From Octopus bimaculoides (lineage: Eukaryota): 64,000 nucleotides of DNA. The stretch covers positions 160,240,099 through 160,304,098 of the forward strand of contig NC_068983.1 of the NCBI RefSeq assembly GCF_001194135.2, given 5' to 3'. Below are positions 13,812-27,420 of this stretch, one piece after another. The notes below the pieces were generated by a model. The model did no database searches. It was not told where the DNA came from and saw only the letters and a program-made list of their open reading frames with translations. Position 1 is the first letter of the stretch. Every line of letters begins with the position of its first letter. The position numbers and the translations under genes are program-made.

Positions 13812-14605
13812 GGGCCATATCTGTTGATGTCAAAATCCTGTTCTGTTCAACATGATAATAATAACTTAACCTGTGTTCATTATTTCAGTTTAACTGCACT
13901 AGACGTGATTGGTTTGTTCTCTCCCAGTTTTATTCAAAGTATAATATGTCAGCTAACACGATCTGCTAAAATAAAATATAAACAAACATTTTCTTGAAAA
14001 ACTTTGATTTAAATCTAAAACTTGTTTTCGTAAAATTGAAAACATTAATATAAATTCCTTAATTCATTGGTTTTGATAGTAATCCGCTTATACGCCATTA
14101 AAATATCACGCTTTTTTTTATCACTCTCTCTTTCTTTCTGAAAGATTAGCACGGATGAAGATTAGTTGCTCATATTCTCCGTTCAATTATTATTGTTTGT
14201 GCAATAAACTTAGTTCTGAAAGATTTTATTCTTTTCTTCCATAGAGTCTCCGACAATTGGAAGTGGTGTTCTGTTCCTGTAATCCACAAAGTACTATTCT
14301 ATAGAACATATTGCGATAACTGATATATATTTTAACAAATTTATACAGTTCCTTTCCTGTTACATATTATGCTTATTATGACAGAGTATGATGAAATGTG
14401 AAGGTTTTCCAATTGTAAAATATTAATTTAGCATGCTAATTGTGCTTGAAGAATTGTGTGAGTTTTCAGGATATTGACCTCTCGAACAAAAGCTTCGTGT
14501 TTGTGTCAATCCTAAGTTCTCAAATTATTATATATATATATATATATATATACACGCACGCACACACACACACACACATACATACATATATATATATATA
14601 TATAT

Positions 14606-15640
14606 CACAAATAACCGGCGTTGCCTGGGTTAAAGAGAATAATGAAATTTTAAAACGCCGCCAAGATTACGCATGTCTCAACTGCTAGTGTCTAAAATAC
14701 CAACTTTCTACATTAATAACTCTCCANNNNNNNNNNTCATATATGTATATAAAGTAAATACACGCAATCCAAAAACATGTTCTGTGTAGCTTATTTCGTA
14801 ACCAAAAAACAGGTACAGATTATAAACAATGAAAGGCCGATTTTGGTGATTCATTTGACAAAGGTAGTACAGAACCAATCCGATGATAAATCTGGCCTTG
14901 GATCTTGAAAGTTTACATGAATCCTGGCTCAGTTAAATCTCTTGTGACTCCAAATGATGTCATCTGCAGTGCAACGTTGTAATTGTTTAATTTTGTTTTG
15001 GAAGTGATTGGAATCTTGGTCATTTGATGACAACAGTTTCTTCAATGGCTCTGGAGGTTGAGGGATAGCGGGGAATTTAACCTTTCCACCCTGCAGCACA
15101 GTGCAGGTGCCTCTTCAGGGCACTTCATTGCTTTACAATGTATGCACTCAGTTGTTAGTGCACCAATGGAAACTCTAGTGTCATCTGCATTAATGAACTA
15201 CCGAATCATAATTGAAAGCTGCTTCATAGAAGTTGCTTCTCTGAGCTGTTGCAACTGCTCTTCGTTCTGCAGTGCAGATCCTGTTCCTAGTCAGTCGTGC
15301 ATACCTCTGTTCATTTGAGATGCTCTGGCTTTTGTAGTGCACAGTCTGTTCGTTTCTTGGTATGCTTACCTTTCTGCAGCTGTCTCTCTTTCTCTGAACT
15401 GAGACATTCTTTTGGTTGAACTTCACATTGTAGACACATTTGACACTTTCCTTGTAGGTATGGTTATATACGTATACAGAAATACACGGGTGCAGACGAT
15501 AGTAAGTAATGAAAATACCTGGATAACGGAAATCATATTTCTTAATACGACGGGCAGAAAGTAAATAAGAAATTTTTACGGAAAATAAAGAATTGCGTGG
15601 GTTGAAGCGAAATTTGTCAGTGAACCATAGAATTAGTATC
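14606..15640 (-). mobile_element. Internally deleted Helitron with decayed RepHel N-terminal coding remnant
   Basis: Minus-strand translation with frameshifts and stops gives ...SIGALTTECIHCKAMKCPEEAPALCC..GKVKFPAIPQPPEPLKKLL...ALQMTSFG...TFKIQGQIYHRIGSVLP, typical of the Helitron Rep N-terminal region; 3' hairpin remnant ccggcgttgcctgg at 14615-14628. Confidence 0.85.
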
Positions 15641-15710
15641 GANNNNNNNNNNATATATATATATATATATACGACCAGCGTCTTTATATTATATATATAT
15701 ATACATATAC

Positions 15711-15865
15711 ACGACCGACGACTTTCAGTTTCCGTCTGTCAAATCCATTTACGAGGCTTTGGTCGGACCAAGGTTATAGTAGAAAACATTTGCCCAATGT
15801 TCCACACTGTGTGATTGAACCCGGTGCCATGCGGTTAGGGAGTAAGTTTCTTACTACACAGCCGC
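15711..15865 (-). mobile_element. SINE family A, 5' half
   Basis: Matches head of full copies at 33.5 and 57.4 kb (tttcagtttccgtct...aaatcc...ttgccca...gaacccgg...tacacagccgc). Confidence 0.8.
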
Positions 15866-16852
15866 GCACATGTATGCGTGCGTGTGTGAGGTTGCTTGTG
15901 ATGTCTCATGAATCATACTGACAACATAGAATCCGGTACAACCTGTTGCATTCTCGGGGCGTCAGCGATTAACCCTTCACCTCACTAGGCTTTCCTAGCG
16001 AAAGGCATTGCTATAAACCCAGCTTGACTAAAATTAAGAACTGTGAAAAGGACGGATGAACCTAGTATCGGTCAACGACTATCTAGTAATAGTACGAGTC
16101 TTCAGGAATTTCGGGTTGGTGTACGGAGTGTTGGAAGACCACTGCGAGAGAGGCACCACTCAGGTTTTATTAAAACATATTTCCGAAAGAAGCTTTCACT
16201 GATATAAAACTAAATATGCAGAGAATGGCATTGAATATGCTGAGGATCTTTTGCTTGCGCTTTAGATCATGGCTCTTGTTTTTTGCTGCAGTTACCCACT
16301 TAGAGATTTTCATAATAATAACCGCAACAATTTCACTGAACCTGGAGAGCCTGCGATCACTATAGCTCCTGTTTCTTCCAGAGACCAAAGTATTAAAAGA
16401 AATACTGATTAAATTAAGAAGATTCGGTAAAGTACTGGAGAAATTACCTTATGTTATTTAGATTCGTTTTTTTTTCTTACGTTCAAATCCACAAAGATTG
16501 CCTTCTCTATTTATTCTACTATGTCTGGTAAAATAAATTCAAAGCAAGTACGAAGGGTAATTAAATCGACTTTAACCTTTCTCAAAATATGCTGTATTTT
16601 CTATTGTTAGAAATAACATTACCAGAATGCTTCATTTGCATATAAGAGAAAGAAGTTGGTCAGAAACAAATTATAATTAAAATATATGAAACATGACTTC
16701 CCATAATATCATGGTGATCAGCCCATAGACGGACAAATAAGAAAAGTGCTGCAGATTATGCACAGTTTACTTTAGGCGAAGTAGCTTTATAATATTTCTT
16801 TGACTTACGTATTGCAAATATTCCACTAGGAAAAGTTACCTTGCCAGACTAG

Positions 16853-16893
16853 AGTTTCTCTGAAGTTTCTCTGAAGTTTCTCTGAAGTTTCTC
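16853..16893. repeat. 11-bp tandem repeat (agtttctctga) about 3.5 copies
   Basis: Direct reading. Confidence 0.9.
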
Positions 16894-18283
16894 ATTGTAA
16901 TATTACAAAAATTGCGCCCATTTCACAGTGGAAATTCCAAATGTGCAGAGTATTTCACAAGCAGATATGTTCGAAATGACATGCTGTTTATATGTCATAG
17001 AATATACTTTGTTGTAACTTACCTGATCAGCAGAAGTAACCAAGTAGAGCGAAGTAATATCAAAGAGCATTGTGATGTGTTATTAAGAAATACAGTATTT
17101 ATCTAAAGTTTTTGACGGGAAGGGCAGTTCCCATAACCCTTTATAGGGCACTCGAGACTGGTATTAAGAATGGGAGGACTGTTTTCCCAAATCGGAGACT
17201 TCGCCTAAACTCTTCTAAAAGAGTAGACTCCTCTGCTAAAGGAATCAAACGCCAGGTGATAACATTAAAATGAGAAGCATTAAGTTTATTTAGTTTATTG
17301 TTTAGTAGCCTACTGCGGAACTTGAGCTCAGATCACAAAATTCCAGAACAAACTTCGCAAAGTGCCTCCTTCAATGTTCTAACATTTCTCCGAGTTTACC
17401 TCGGCGATATTTGAACTCAGGACACAAGGATACAAGGTGATGAAATAAAAAAGAAAAAAAACCTTGTTAGGTATTTCGTCCGACGCCCAACTTCTTCCAG
17501 CTCAATGATCTTGCTAAATTTTACCAACTCACTGATTGTAAGAGATATGATATCGTGGAACAAAGAGAAGTTTCAGTGCAAGTCTAGAGTAGAATGAAGT
17601 TGAGAAAAAGATTGAAATAACCTCGAGTTGTAACGTGGATTGATATTTAAAAATATAGGAGATAACAAAGCAGTGGGTTTGAATAATGTCAAGAGAAGGA
17701 TTGAATAATAATGTCAATGACTAATATCTGACTTTTGTTTTAGTGTTATTGATTCATCGAAGCATTATTCAGAGCCAACGAATTTCTCGAGCTTAGATAT
17801 GGCATGTAAACCTTAAGCTACCATCCATGGTTCAGGCTATAAATGTTCATCTAACTGCAAATACAAACCTATATGGCAATTTATCTAAACATGCTGTTGG
17901 CTGCACAGGCTAATACAATAATAACAAAAGCGTTATAAAACTTATATAACCGTGACTGAATTGATTAAGAACAGCAACAGAAATAACAACAACAACGAAC
18001 AGCAATTTAACCGCCATCGTAACCGTTGAGACTGCCATCACCACCAACTATATCAACAACATAAAGACTAATGATTTGCCTAAATATGATTGTAAGATAT
18101 TGATATCAACAAAAAAGGCTCAACTAACCATGATAGGAGCACAATAGGAAATACTTATCTACAATCTACTTCCTTCATTATGTATTCATCAGTCCGAGAA
18201 AAAAAACTGAAACTGATTACATTTTATGATAAAGATATACTTTTCAGATATATATCTTAAAAATTAATTGAACCCAAGTAAAC

Positions 18284-18286
<3 letters not shown>

Positions 18287-18327
<41 letters not shown>

Positions 18328-18406
18328 TTTCATCTCATTTCTTTCTCCGTCTCTCTTAACTTTCACACTCATTCACTCACTCACTCACTCTCTCTCTCTG
18401 ATTCTT

Positions 18407-18461
<55 letters not shown>
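18287..18461. repeat. (TA)n, (CACT)n and (TCTA)n microsatellites
   Basis: Direct reading. Confidence 0.95.
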
Positions 18462-18462
<1 letters not shown>

Positions 18463-19950
18463 AGTAACATCATAATGAATAAACGCTGCTTGAAATAAAG
18501 ATTCATGAGTTCAAATGCAGTTCAAGCACACGTACATCATCATATCTCAGGGGTTTGATTACAGATGGAATCTCAACTGTTTGAAACATCATGTTTACAA
18601 AAATTTGTTTTGAACTGGGGCTTCACAATTTCAAAAACGTTCAATACTAAGATCTATGTGTGCGTGTAGATGCGCGCGTACGTGTGTGCATGTGTGTATA
18701 AGTATATATATATTTATATATATATATATATACACAATCATACACATATATATGTATGTATATACGTATACAAATATATATATATATATANNNNNNNNNN
18801 NNNNNNNNNNNNNNNNNNNNNNNNNNNNNNNNNNNNNNNNNNNNNNNNNNNNNNNNNNNNNNNNNNNNNNNNNNNNNNNNNNNNNNNNNNNNNNNNNNNN
18901 NNNNNNNNNNNNNNNNNNNNNNNNNNNNNNNNNNNNNNNNNNNNNNNNNNNNNNNNNNNNNNNNNNNNNNNNNNNNNNNNNNNNNNNNNNNNNNNNNNNN
19001 NNNNNNNNNNNNNNNNNNNNNNNNNNNNNNNNNNNNNNNNNNNNNNNNNNNNNNNNNNNNNNNNNNNNNNNNNNNNNNNNNNNNNNNNNNNNNNNNNNNN
19101 NNNNNNNNNNNNNNNNNNNNNATATATACATGTATATACATATAATCAAAATAACCAACAAGGATATCCAGAGGTAATGCATTACGATCGTTTCAAGCAA
19201 ATCCATTTAATTGAACAATGCAACCACTACATCAATTTAAATGCACAACAATCCTCAGCTGCATAAAGACATAGAATTTAATTAAATTAAAACAGGTGGA
19301 CACATTAGTATAATTTTACCTAAAATCTCCAAGAAGGTAAGGAGATAGACAAAGAACATGCTGCCTTCACTTCAGCTTAGAAGCTATTAATGTATCAGGA
19401 AGAAAGACTTGTTACAGATTTGGCTTGTCACTGTTTTATGGGTGAGTTTTAATTTATAGACTAGTTTTATCAAATCTTTGTATATCTAAGGCCGAGAGAA
19501 CAAAGATCAGTGTCTGTTGGGAATAGGGCTGAGGGAGTCGACAGAAATCATAGTGGGTATAGTCATAAAAAAACTATCAAGATTTATTAGAGGCAATATC
19601 ATGAGATTTGGCAAAGGAAAACTTAAATCAAGATGTTAGCTAACAATTAAGGGGGGCGGACACTAGCAGACCATTGATAATGAAACGAGAAATCTTATCA
19701 TGTAGTAATATAGTTAAATATTTTAAGCAATATTGCCAAAGCTTAGGGTTATTCAGAGGATTATAGGACATTCTAATTTTATACTAATTTTTAAAACTAA
19801 GGGTTATATTGTAGGTTTTAGAAGTTATTATTGTTACTCCATACATGATATTTATAATTTCTTTGGGGTATTGGTACCATATTCATCTGAAACTATATAT
19901 ATATATATATATACATATATATATAAATCAGTTGTATACTGTCAACTTAA

Positions 19951-20176
19951 TGTGACAATCCCAATAAGGGAATCATACTGCTGCTATTTAGCCCTAGGAA
20001 GCTGGACCGCTTCCTGTCGGCCTTGACACATTTCCTGTGTCCTTATATTTGTGAGGGGGAGACAGGCACCCACACGGAGCCTAGCCTGCATTCAGGGACA
20101 TGTTTCTGAGTCTTTGCTCGTCACCAGCCTGAAGTAGCACGACTAGCTGGTTGAAGATGCCTGTCAACCTCTCACA
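19951..20176. mobile_element. Possible solo LTR
   Basis: 226-bp GC-richer block bounded by TGTGA...TCACA (TG..CA inverted ends); no clear target-site duplication. Confidence 0.35.
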
Positions 20177-22299
20177 AATATATATATTTCTAGTGAAAAC
20201 ACATTCACTGATTACAAAAATTAGAAATGATCTAATGCAAATGGCTTGTAAGTGCCAATGGTTTCATGAGATAAATGCATGAGACATGCATTTCTCACGA
20301 AATAAGACGCCAGATTCATATATCATATTACTCATTCCCGCTATTGCAGGGTAAACTGATGAGATATAAAAACAAAATGTACCACTCAAAAACGGACTGA
20401 AATTCAGGAATGATCCGTGGACAGACAAGCAATCCCTCTCAAAATTAATTCTTCAAGTCTATAGGTATATGAATGCCAGTCCTTTTCTATTCCAATAATA
20501 GTTTTTGTGACAAGTGTATGTTTCACTTAGAATATTTTGCGTGAAGTGTTTCTTCTTTCTTCAGTGTCATTTTAACCCCTAATGATTGCTGCTGCTGTTT
20601 AGCTCCATGTTAACTGAACAACACTTTGATAAGAGGCGTTTCAGCCGTGACAACTTGCTCCTCACTTAATCATTGCATTTCTAGGAGTGTAGCGTTCGTC
20701 AGGTTTTGAGTCAGTAGAGTGTAGTTTAAGAGATTTGGCAGCTATTTATTGTAAGTCGAAAGACTAAGTACTTTGTTCCTCTTTGACTTGCTCCAATACT
20801 AGAATTTTGACTTATTTTGGTTCCTGACATTTATTTCTTTCAAAAAGGTATCACAAAAAATGGCTCACGGAGTTATCTTTCAGAATCTATTACTTCTGGT
20901 TTCTAGATCTCTTTAGATATCAACAGAAGAAAATTTGGCATGAAAATTTTAAATGGTACTCTAGGTTTTTCGAATAACTTACTTTAAAGGGAAAGAAAAA
21001 ATAATCGGCTAACCGATGACAGTATAATTAGTAGACAAATTCGAGACATACAAGCGTCAAAGTTGAAATGATATCACTTCGTAAGTCATGGCACAGCAAG
21101 ATGTCGACTAAAATGATATTTTGAAAAAATTTAATGGAACAAATAAAACAGTATATTGATAAAAGTATCTAGCTCTAAAAACATTCGCTTTAGATACTGC
21201 AAAGCACCGGAGATTAGGTGTGTACAGCAGCCAAAGATAATTAATTCCTCTCATAACAGTAGATTAAATGCAACCTGTCTGATGAAAACGTTGACATACA
21301 TACTGAAGACGTTTTACTATCGTTTGTTTGCTTCTGTTTCAATGTTTAATCTTTTTTACTTTGCGTTATCAGATGTGGAATTGGATAAGTTGTTCTAAAG
21401 TCACCAACATTCATATCAAGGTTAGATTTGAAAGTGTACTTATTTAGCAAGACGACTTACAAATTGAAACTATCAACTATCAGGAAAAGAAGTAAGCTAT
21501 AGTTTCAAAGATAATAGAGATAAAATACATTTTTAAAAAACATTCAGATAGTAAACAATTCTGGTTTGTAAAATATAATTAGAAATATAAAAAAATGGCA
21601 GATACTTTTCTTTAAAATGTATATTTTCTAAGTGGCTTCTTTTCCTTCTTTAATTACAGTTATATGCATTGTTTCAACATAATACAATTGTGAAATATCT
21701 TGGAGCATATTTTATTTAAATGCACGTATACATCTATTAGCCAATGCCATAGAAAAAAAGATAAGGTCTGGGGAAGTCATTTATACAACTTAGTTTCGGT
21801 TCCGGGCTGGAGATATTATTTCAAAACATAATTTGAAAACATATTTTTACAAGTAATGATGATAATAAGTCTTCCTTATTGGAGACAGGAGCTTGAATAG
21901 ATTCAATTTCAATAAAATGGAAAAGTCGTTAAACTGAAGACATACAAATATGCATGAGTCAGTTAATATGCATGAGTCAGTTAAACAAATATGAAGGTAA
22001 GATGAAAGATGTGTACAGTGTTAACAAGTTAAAAATTAAAAACAACGCACTTGATTACATTGAATTGGTAGAAAAAAAAAACATAAGAGAACATACATTT
22101 TAAAAGTCTACTGGCATTGATCTCACGACCAGTTTCTGGAAATATGAACGGGGTACTTTTTGTACGGCGCCAAGATTACGCCTGATACCATCTCATGCTG
22201 CAGTACCATCTTAGGAACACCCCTGACTTATTTTTGTCATCGATGTTATACCTTCTGGGTAGAAAGCTCTTAAATGGTTTTTACTGACACGTGTAACAA

Positions 22300-22620
22300 C
22301 CTGAAGTCGCATGACTCGGGACCACAATCAAAAGATACTAGGTTTGGTTTCCGGACCGGACTGCGTATTGTGTTCTTGAGCAAGACACTTTATTTCACGT
22401 TGCTCCAATTCACTCAGTAGTAGAAATTATTTATGACGTCACAGGTGTCAAGCTGTATCGGTCATTGCTTCTTCCTTGGATAACATCGGTGGTGTGACAT
22501 GGAGAGGGAAAGCTGGTATGCATGGGCAACTGCTGATTTTCCATAAACAATATTGCCCGGAGGGAAACTTTCTAGGTGCAATCCCATGGTCTGTCATGAC
22601 CGAAGAGAGTCTTTACTCTT
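22300..22620 (+). mobile_element. tRNA-headed SINE, family F (same central domain as D, different tail)
   Basis: ttgtgttcttgagcaagacactttatttcacgttgctcc...cactcag central domain; tail ...actttctaggtgcaatcccatggtc. Confidence 0.7.
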
Positions 22621-25454
22621 TATCCAGTTCCTGAATATTGGATTTTAAGTCCTTGCCAAACTCAAAACTGGTCACAAACTTCGGTATTATTTTATCTTAC
22701 AGGGCCAAGAGGGTATGAATATCTATTTGACCCACCTCGTATCTCTGAAAGTTATATCTGCACTGATCACCTGTTCATATAGTGCTACGAAGGTGATAAC
22801 TAACCAGAGGTCGAGGTCGATGTTGTCACCGATGTCTTTGATTGTGACCTTTATATTTCCTCCTTCCCAAATATTGTAGGTCTAGTTTATGAGCAGGTGT
22901 GTTATATATAATTTTGACTTGCACCTTAGCTCCATTCTTAGTTTTTAGACGACACACATAGTGTCCTACGTTCTCCCTCTTCCAATAAAGGAGAATTCTC
23001 TTATTGTATCTGCCAGCCTTGTCTCCAACTATTCCTTGGATATAACAAGAAAAGCACCTGTAGCCTTGGCATTGTATAAGTAATGACAGCTACCAATTAG
23101 ATGGGCAACAGCTATAGCCCCTGAGAAACTTAGCCGCTACTACTGCCGCTGCACTTACCGCTGCTGCTACTAATAACAATCCTACCTCCTATTCCTTTCG
23201 CTAAGACCCGGCCATTACGGTGGTTAACTGCCACCGGCAACAGTTAGCAGAAAATGAAATGCAACATTATGTGAAACTCATAAGAAAAAACACGTACTTT
23301 TCAGAGATAATATCATGAAAGGTTAATTCAATTTATTTCAGTCAATTTTCTCTTTTGTTTCAGCATGACTAGATGTTTTTTTAAAGCGATTGAAACCGGT
23401 AGTTGCTTAGTTAAAGTGTAAATACTATCTTAATTTTTTCCATGATAAAGTTCTTAAAGCATTTTCTTCTTTTCCATTTTCCCCTTTATCACACATACAC
23501 GGGCACGCGCGTACGCACGCACACACAAGCGGGCACGCACGCACACACACACATGCACGCAAGCACATATGTATATATATGTAATATTATGCGCATATAA
23601 TGCATCAAGAAAACTACTAGAATGTTGTCTTCGTTTTCATTTCAGTGGCATTCACTCCTTTGAGTTACTTTTACACCTTTTGAGTTTTTGTTTCTAACAT
23701 TCATCTCTTCTCCGTATTATTTTTCGAATAATTGTCTTTGTGTCAAAATCGAAGCCTCATATTGTATGTACTATTTATAATGTTCGGTATAGTTTCTCAC
23801 AAGTACATTGATTTATCGACCAGTGAAGAACGTAAATAAAACCATTGCTAAATGATGATTTGCAGGGGGTTTTTTTTTATCATGAAGTAAATTTCTAATT
23901 CTCCACAAGGTTAACAAAAGTTTGGATGTACGTTGCTAGGATCATAAATTTAGTTACAGAAATGTGATTTATTTCGGTGGTTGTTTTCAGTTTTATAGTT
24001 CAGTGATTAACAAATTAGTTCCATGTGTGGAAAACTGATATTACCAAAGTTACTTCTCTGAAGAATTGAAGAATTTGTATGTATTTTCTTTCCTCCGCTA
24101 CAGTCAATGTAATAAAGCTGTTGTTTTCAGTATTGATGTTATAGAATTAGTTTGAGACACGAGAACTTGCACAAGTTCTCACAAGAGAAGCTAAAGCTAT
24201 AATAAACAAATAACGATTGATATTTTTGTACAATTCTTAGTTCTGACATTTAGTACTTAGAAACTGTAAGTAGGAGATCAAAGAAGTGGAGACATTTTGA
24301 TAAAGACTTGTTTAAATATTTTTTTATTGCCTAAGTATTTTCACTCTCTTAACATAAAATTGTAAACATAAGCACTCCTCCACACACACATACGTACTCA
24401 TAAATGCACACTCTTTGCATACATCCAGACACATACACACCTATCTATGTGAGTGATTTTTTTGTATGTAAGTATACAATGAAATTCATGACAGTTGTTA
24501 CTAATACTATTTATTACAGTTGTTACTAACACTAGTGATCAAACAATAAACAATAATTGGGACCCGCAGAAATTTCATGTTTTACAAACATTACAATTTC
24601 TATTTAAATACGTATAGCTCTTCATAGCATTGTTTCATAAAATTGACAATTTCGATAAGTCTTTGATTTTTTTCCATTGTTAAGGTTGTTTAAAGCATAA
24701 CACTGTTATGCTCTGTCGATTCAGTCAATCAGTTGTCCGGAGAGAATAATAAATAATAAAATATCAAATACTATGCTTCGCTTTATTGAGAAAAATTTAG
24801 TTTGATTCTGTTATTCGATCTATGTATATAAAATAAATTGTCAAGAGTAACTGAGAGCAAGATATAACGAGTTATGCAACCAGAGTGACAGAATCATTTA
24901 TATTCTTGTGTATGTAATAAATAAAAATGGTAACGACAACAACGATGACGACGACGACGATGATGATGATAGCAAAGGCAACAGTGGACAGAACATGAAG
25001 ATGAGTAATGTAGGTTGCTAAATTAGCAATAATTTTATATTAGAAGGTGGTTAAAAATGTTCATTCTAATACTAAGATCTTAGTACATTCGTTTCGTTCG
25101 TCTCAAACAGTGTGTTAATATACTTACTGTGAAGTAAACCCTTCATTCATCATTAAACTAATTGAGAAGAGTTTGGGGTTTATTAGATCTAAAGTGTAGT
25201 GAAAATGTCATCGTCTGTTTTTAACTTAAAATTCTAGCTCAGAGCTTTCCAGCAGCAAAACTAATACATTTTCACATATAATCTATTTTTTCATGCCTTT
25301 CTCACTGACGTCTCTGGAAATTCATATTCTACAATAATATGCTTGTAAAATATAAATTTCATAAACCAGAGAATTTTTTCTAAATATAGAAGAGTAGCAA
25401 CAAATGCTTCTATTTCCAGCACTGTTAAATTGTTAAACTATTAACAGGATTGAT

Positions 25455-25680
25455 ATTTTATGTTTTATCACTAGTATTTGTTGATCAACAGGATACTTCT
25501 AATCAAAAAGTGTTATGATCAAAGCGTTCCATCAGTGATCATCCCGTTAATTTCTTGGCATAACTAGAATTGCGTAATTTAATGTGTCTCTGTTTTCTTC
25601 AAACTTTAGGGTGGTATTTGTGCGAAATTTAACTGCTGTTACTAGCAAATCGAGCCATTGCATAAAAGTTCTCTTGTTGA
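25455..25680 (-). mobile_element. Family E repeat
   Basis: tatgatcaaagcgttccatcagtgatcatccc... gggtggtatttg...aaatttaactgctgttactagc. Confidence 0.55.
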
Positions 25681-25681
25681 T

Positions 25682-25960
25682 TTACTTTTGCATTAATTGC
25701 TCAGCTATGTTGCTTTTATTAGCCACAGCATAAGCAGCGGCTATCAGTTCATTGATGAAGACATTTCATTTAAGGTAACCATGCTGTAGGCAACAGTATG
25801 CTAGCAGTATGAATCTGAAGTTTCGAATGTAAACTTCCTTTGCTGCTTTGTCAGGTTTCAATGAAGAATTGTCATGTTCTGCATTGTTAATCAGCTTACC
25901 AATCTTCTCCACAACCTAACGGAAAGAAAGTCTGCATCCTTCCAGCAATATCTTACTCAT
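25682..25960 (-). pseudogene. Stop-interrupted reading frame or candidate exon of unknown protein
   Basis: One frame: MSKILLEGCRLSFR*VVEKIGKLINNAEHDNSSLKPDKAAKEVYIRNFRFILLAYCCLQHGYLK*NVFINELIAAAYAVANKSNIAEQLMQK*. The first stop coincides with an acceptor-like ctttctttccgttag|G. Confidence 0.3.
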
Positions 25961-26389
25961 AACCCGAGGCTAGGAAAATTTTAAATAGCTGAAAATTATT
26001 AAAAAAACAAAATTGGTTTTATTAGGTTTATAAGAAGGAGTAAGTGTGAAACTTCAAATTATTTATTTGCTATAGAAGTAACATTACGTTGGTTTGCAGA
26101 ATGTTATTTTGAACTTAAAGGGACTCGGTAGTCAAATAGTTAAAGTAGATGAATTACTAACTGGGAAAACAAGAAAGCTACTATTCGTACTGCTTATTGC
26201 TAAGTAAAAATATTTAAGTTTTAAGTGCTAAGACTTTTAAATTACATATTTGATCTTTAGAAAAATGTTTTCCCTTCTTTTTTATTTTTTGTTTCAATCA
26301 TTAAAATTTCTGTTAGCAATCTATTATGCATCATGCGGTTGTTGTTTCAGAATCCAACCTTTCCTAGTATCACCCATTAAACATCAAAA

Positions 26390-26600
26390 TCCGCGAGGGA
26401 CCTCTACGGGGTTGTTTGATTGTTAAAAGGGTAACCAAATGTCCCTCAAATCCGAACCTGCCGCATTATAAAAGAAGTGAAATATTGTAGTCATAGATAC
26501 ACAAAATAACGGAATGTTTACGACTGGAAAGCCTTTGATTACAGATCCGTCTTAACTATCAGAGTTGATATGAGGGGGGGGGGGGGTAAACAACATCAAC
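26390..26600 (+). mobile_element. Family E repeat
   Basis: cgagggacctctacggg...ccctcaaatc...aaagcctttgattacagatc...gggtaaacaacatc. Confidence 0.55.
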
Positions 26601-27237
26601 GTCACAAAATAAAAATGTCAGAAACATACCATCTATGTGTGGCATAGCTTTTCCATCACATACCTAAAGAGCTTCAGGTCATGATGAAGTAACATATAAT
26701 TCCTTTTCTATCTTTTCTTGTCATCAACAAATATGCGACTCCATATATATATATATATATATTTGATAATGCATTTTCAGAAGTTTGGGCGAGATTTTTC
26801 ATAACACGTCCTGTTCTCTTCAATACTTGCAAAGTAAAACTAATATTAGTCACCAGCTAATATATTCTTAGCCACTTATTTGATTTTACTAAAATTTCTT
26901 GTTAATGTTTCAAACATCAAAATACTTTCACCTACTGAAACTCTAGCACGTTGATTTCACGATTAAATTGGGAAAAGATAGATATATAATAGGTATATAA
27001 GTGTACAGTCTAGTATTCCAGATGTCGGTACTAGCACTGGCACTTTGAGAGCCTTTTGCCTTATTGGATGCAAACAGCTCAAACATGACTTTTGAAATCT
27101 GATGAAATATTCCTTTCCATCAATTTCGAAATACTCGTATCGGTCGTTATTGGAGATAGGACAGAGGGATAGTTCATTAATATCCTTATTTCTCGTCTGG
27201 TTAGCAATTTTTCCTCGATTGACTATGAACACTTATG

Positions 27238-27420
27238 AGCCTCTACATTGTCTTTCGATATGTAAGCAATAGCAGCTAAATCCCCCTCATATCATTTATT
27301 CTACCGTCTTAAAAAAAAAGAAGCGTACATTAGATAATGATGTCCTAGGTACACTCTGCCTGATAAAATGACGAGGTGGGCAAGGCTGCAAAACTTTTGA
27401 TGATAGGTTTGCTCTATCAT
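27238..27420 (+). mobile_element. Family E repeat
   Basis: gagcctctac...aatagcagctaaatccccctc...taccgtcttaaaaaa...cattagataatg. Confidence 0.55.

Noticed and set aside
16170-16388. 72-aa ORF with a hydrophobic C-terminus
   Set aside because: No homology recognised, and competing open frames on the other strand; cannot be supported
26963-27232. 89-aa ORF (…RYEYFEIDGKEYFIRFQKSC…)
   Set aside because: No recognisable family and no convincing splice-site pair
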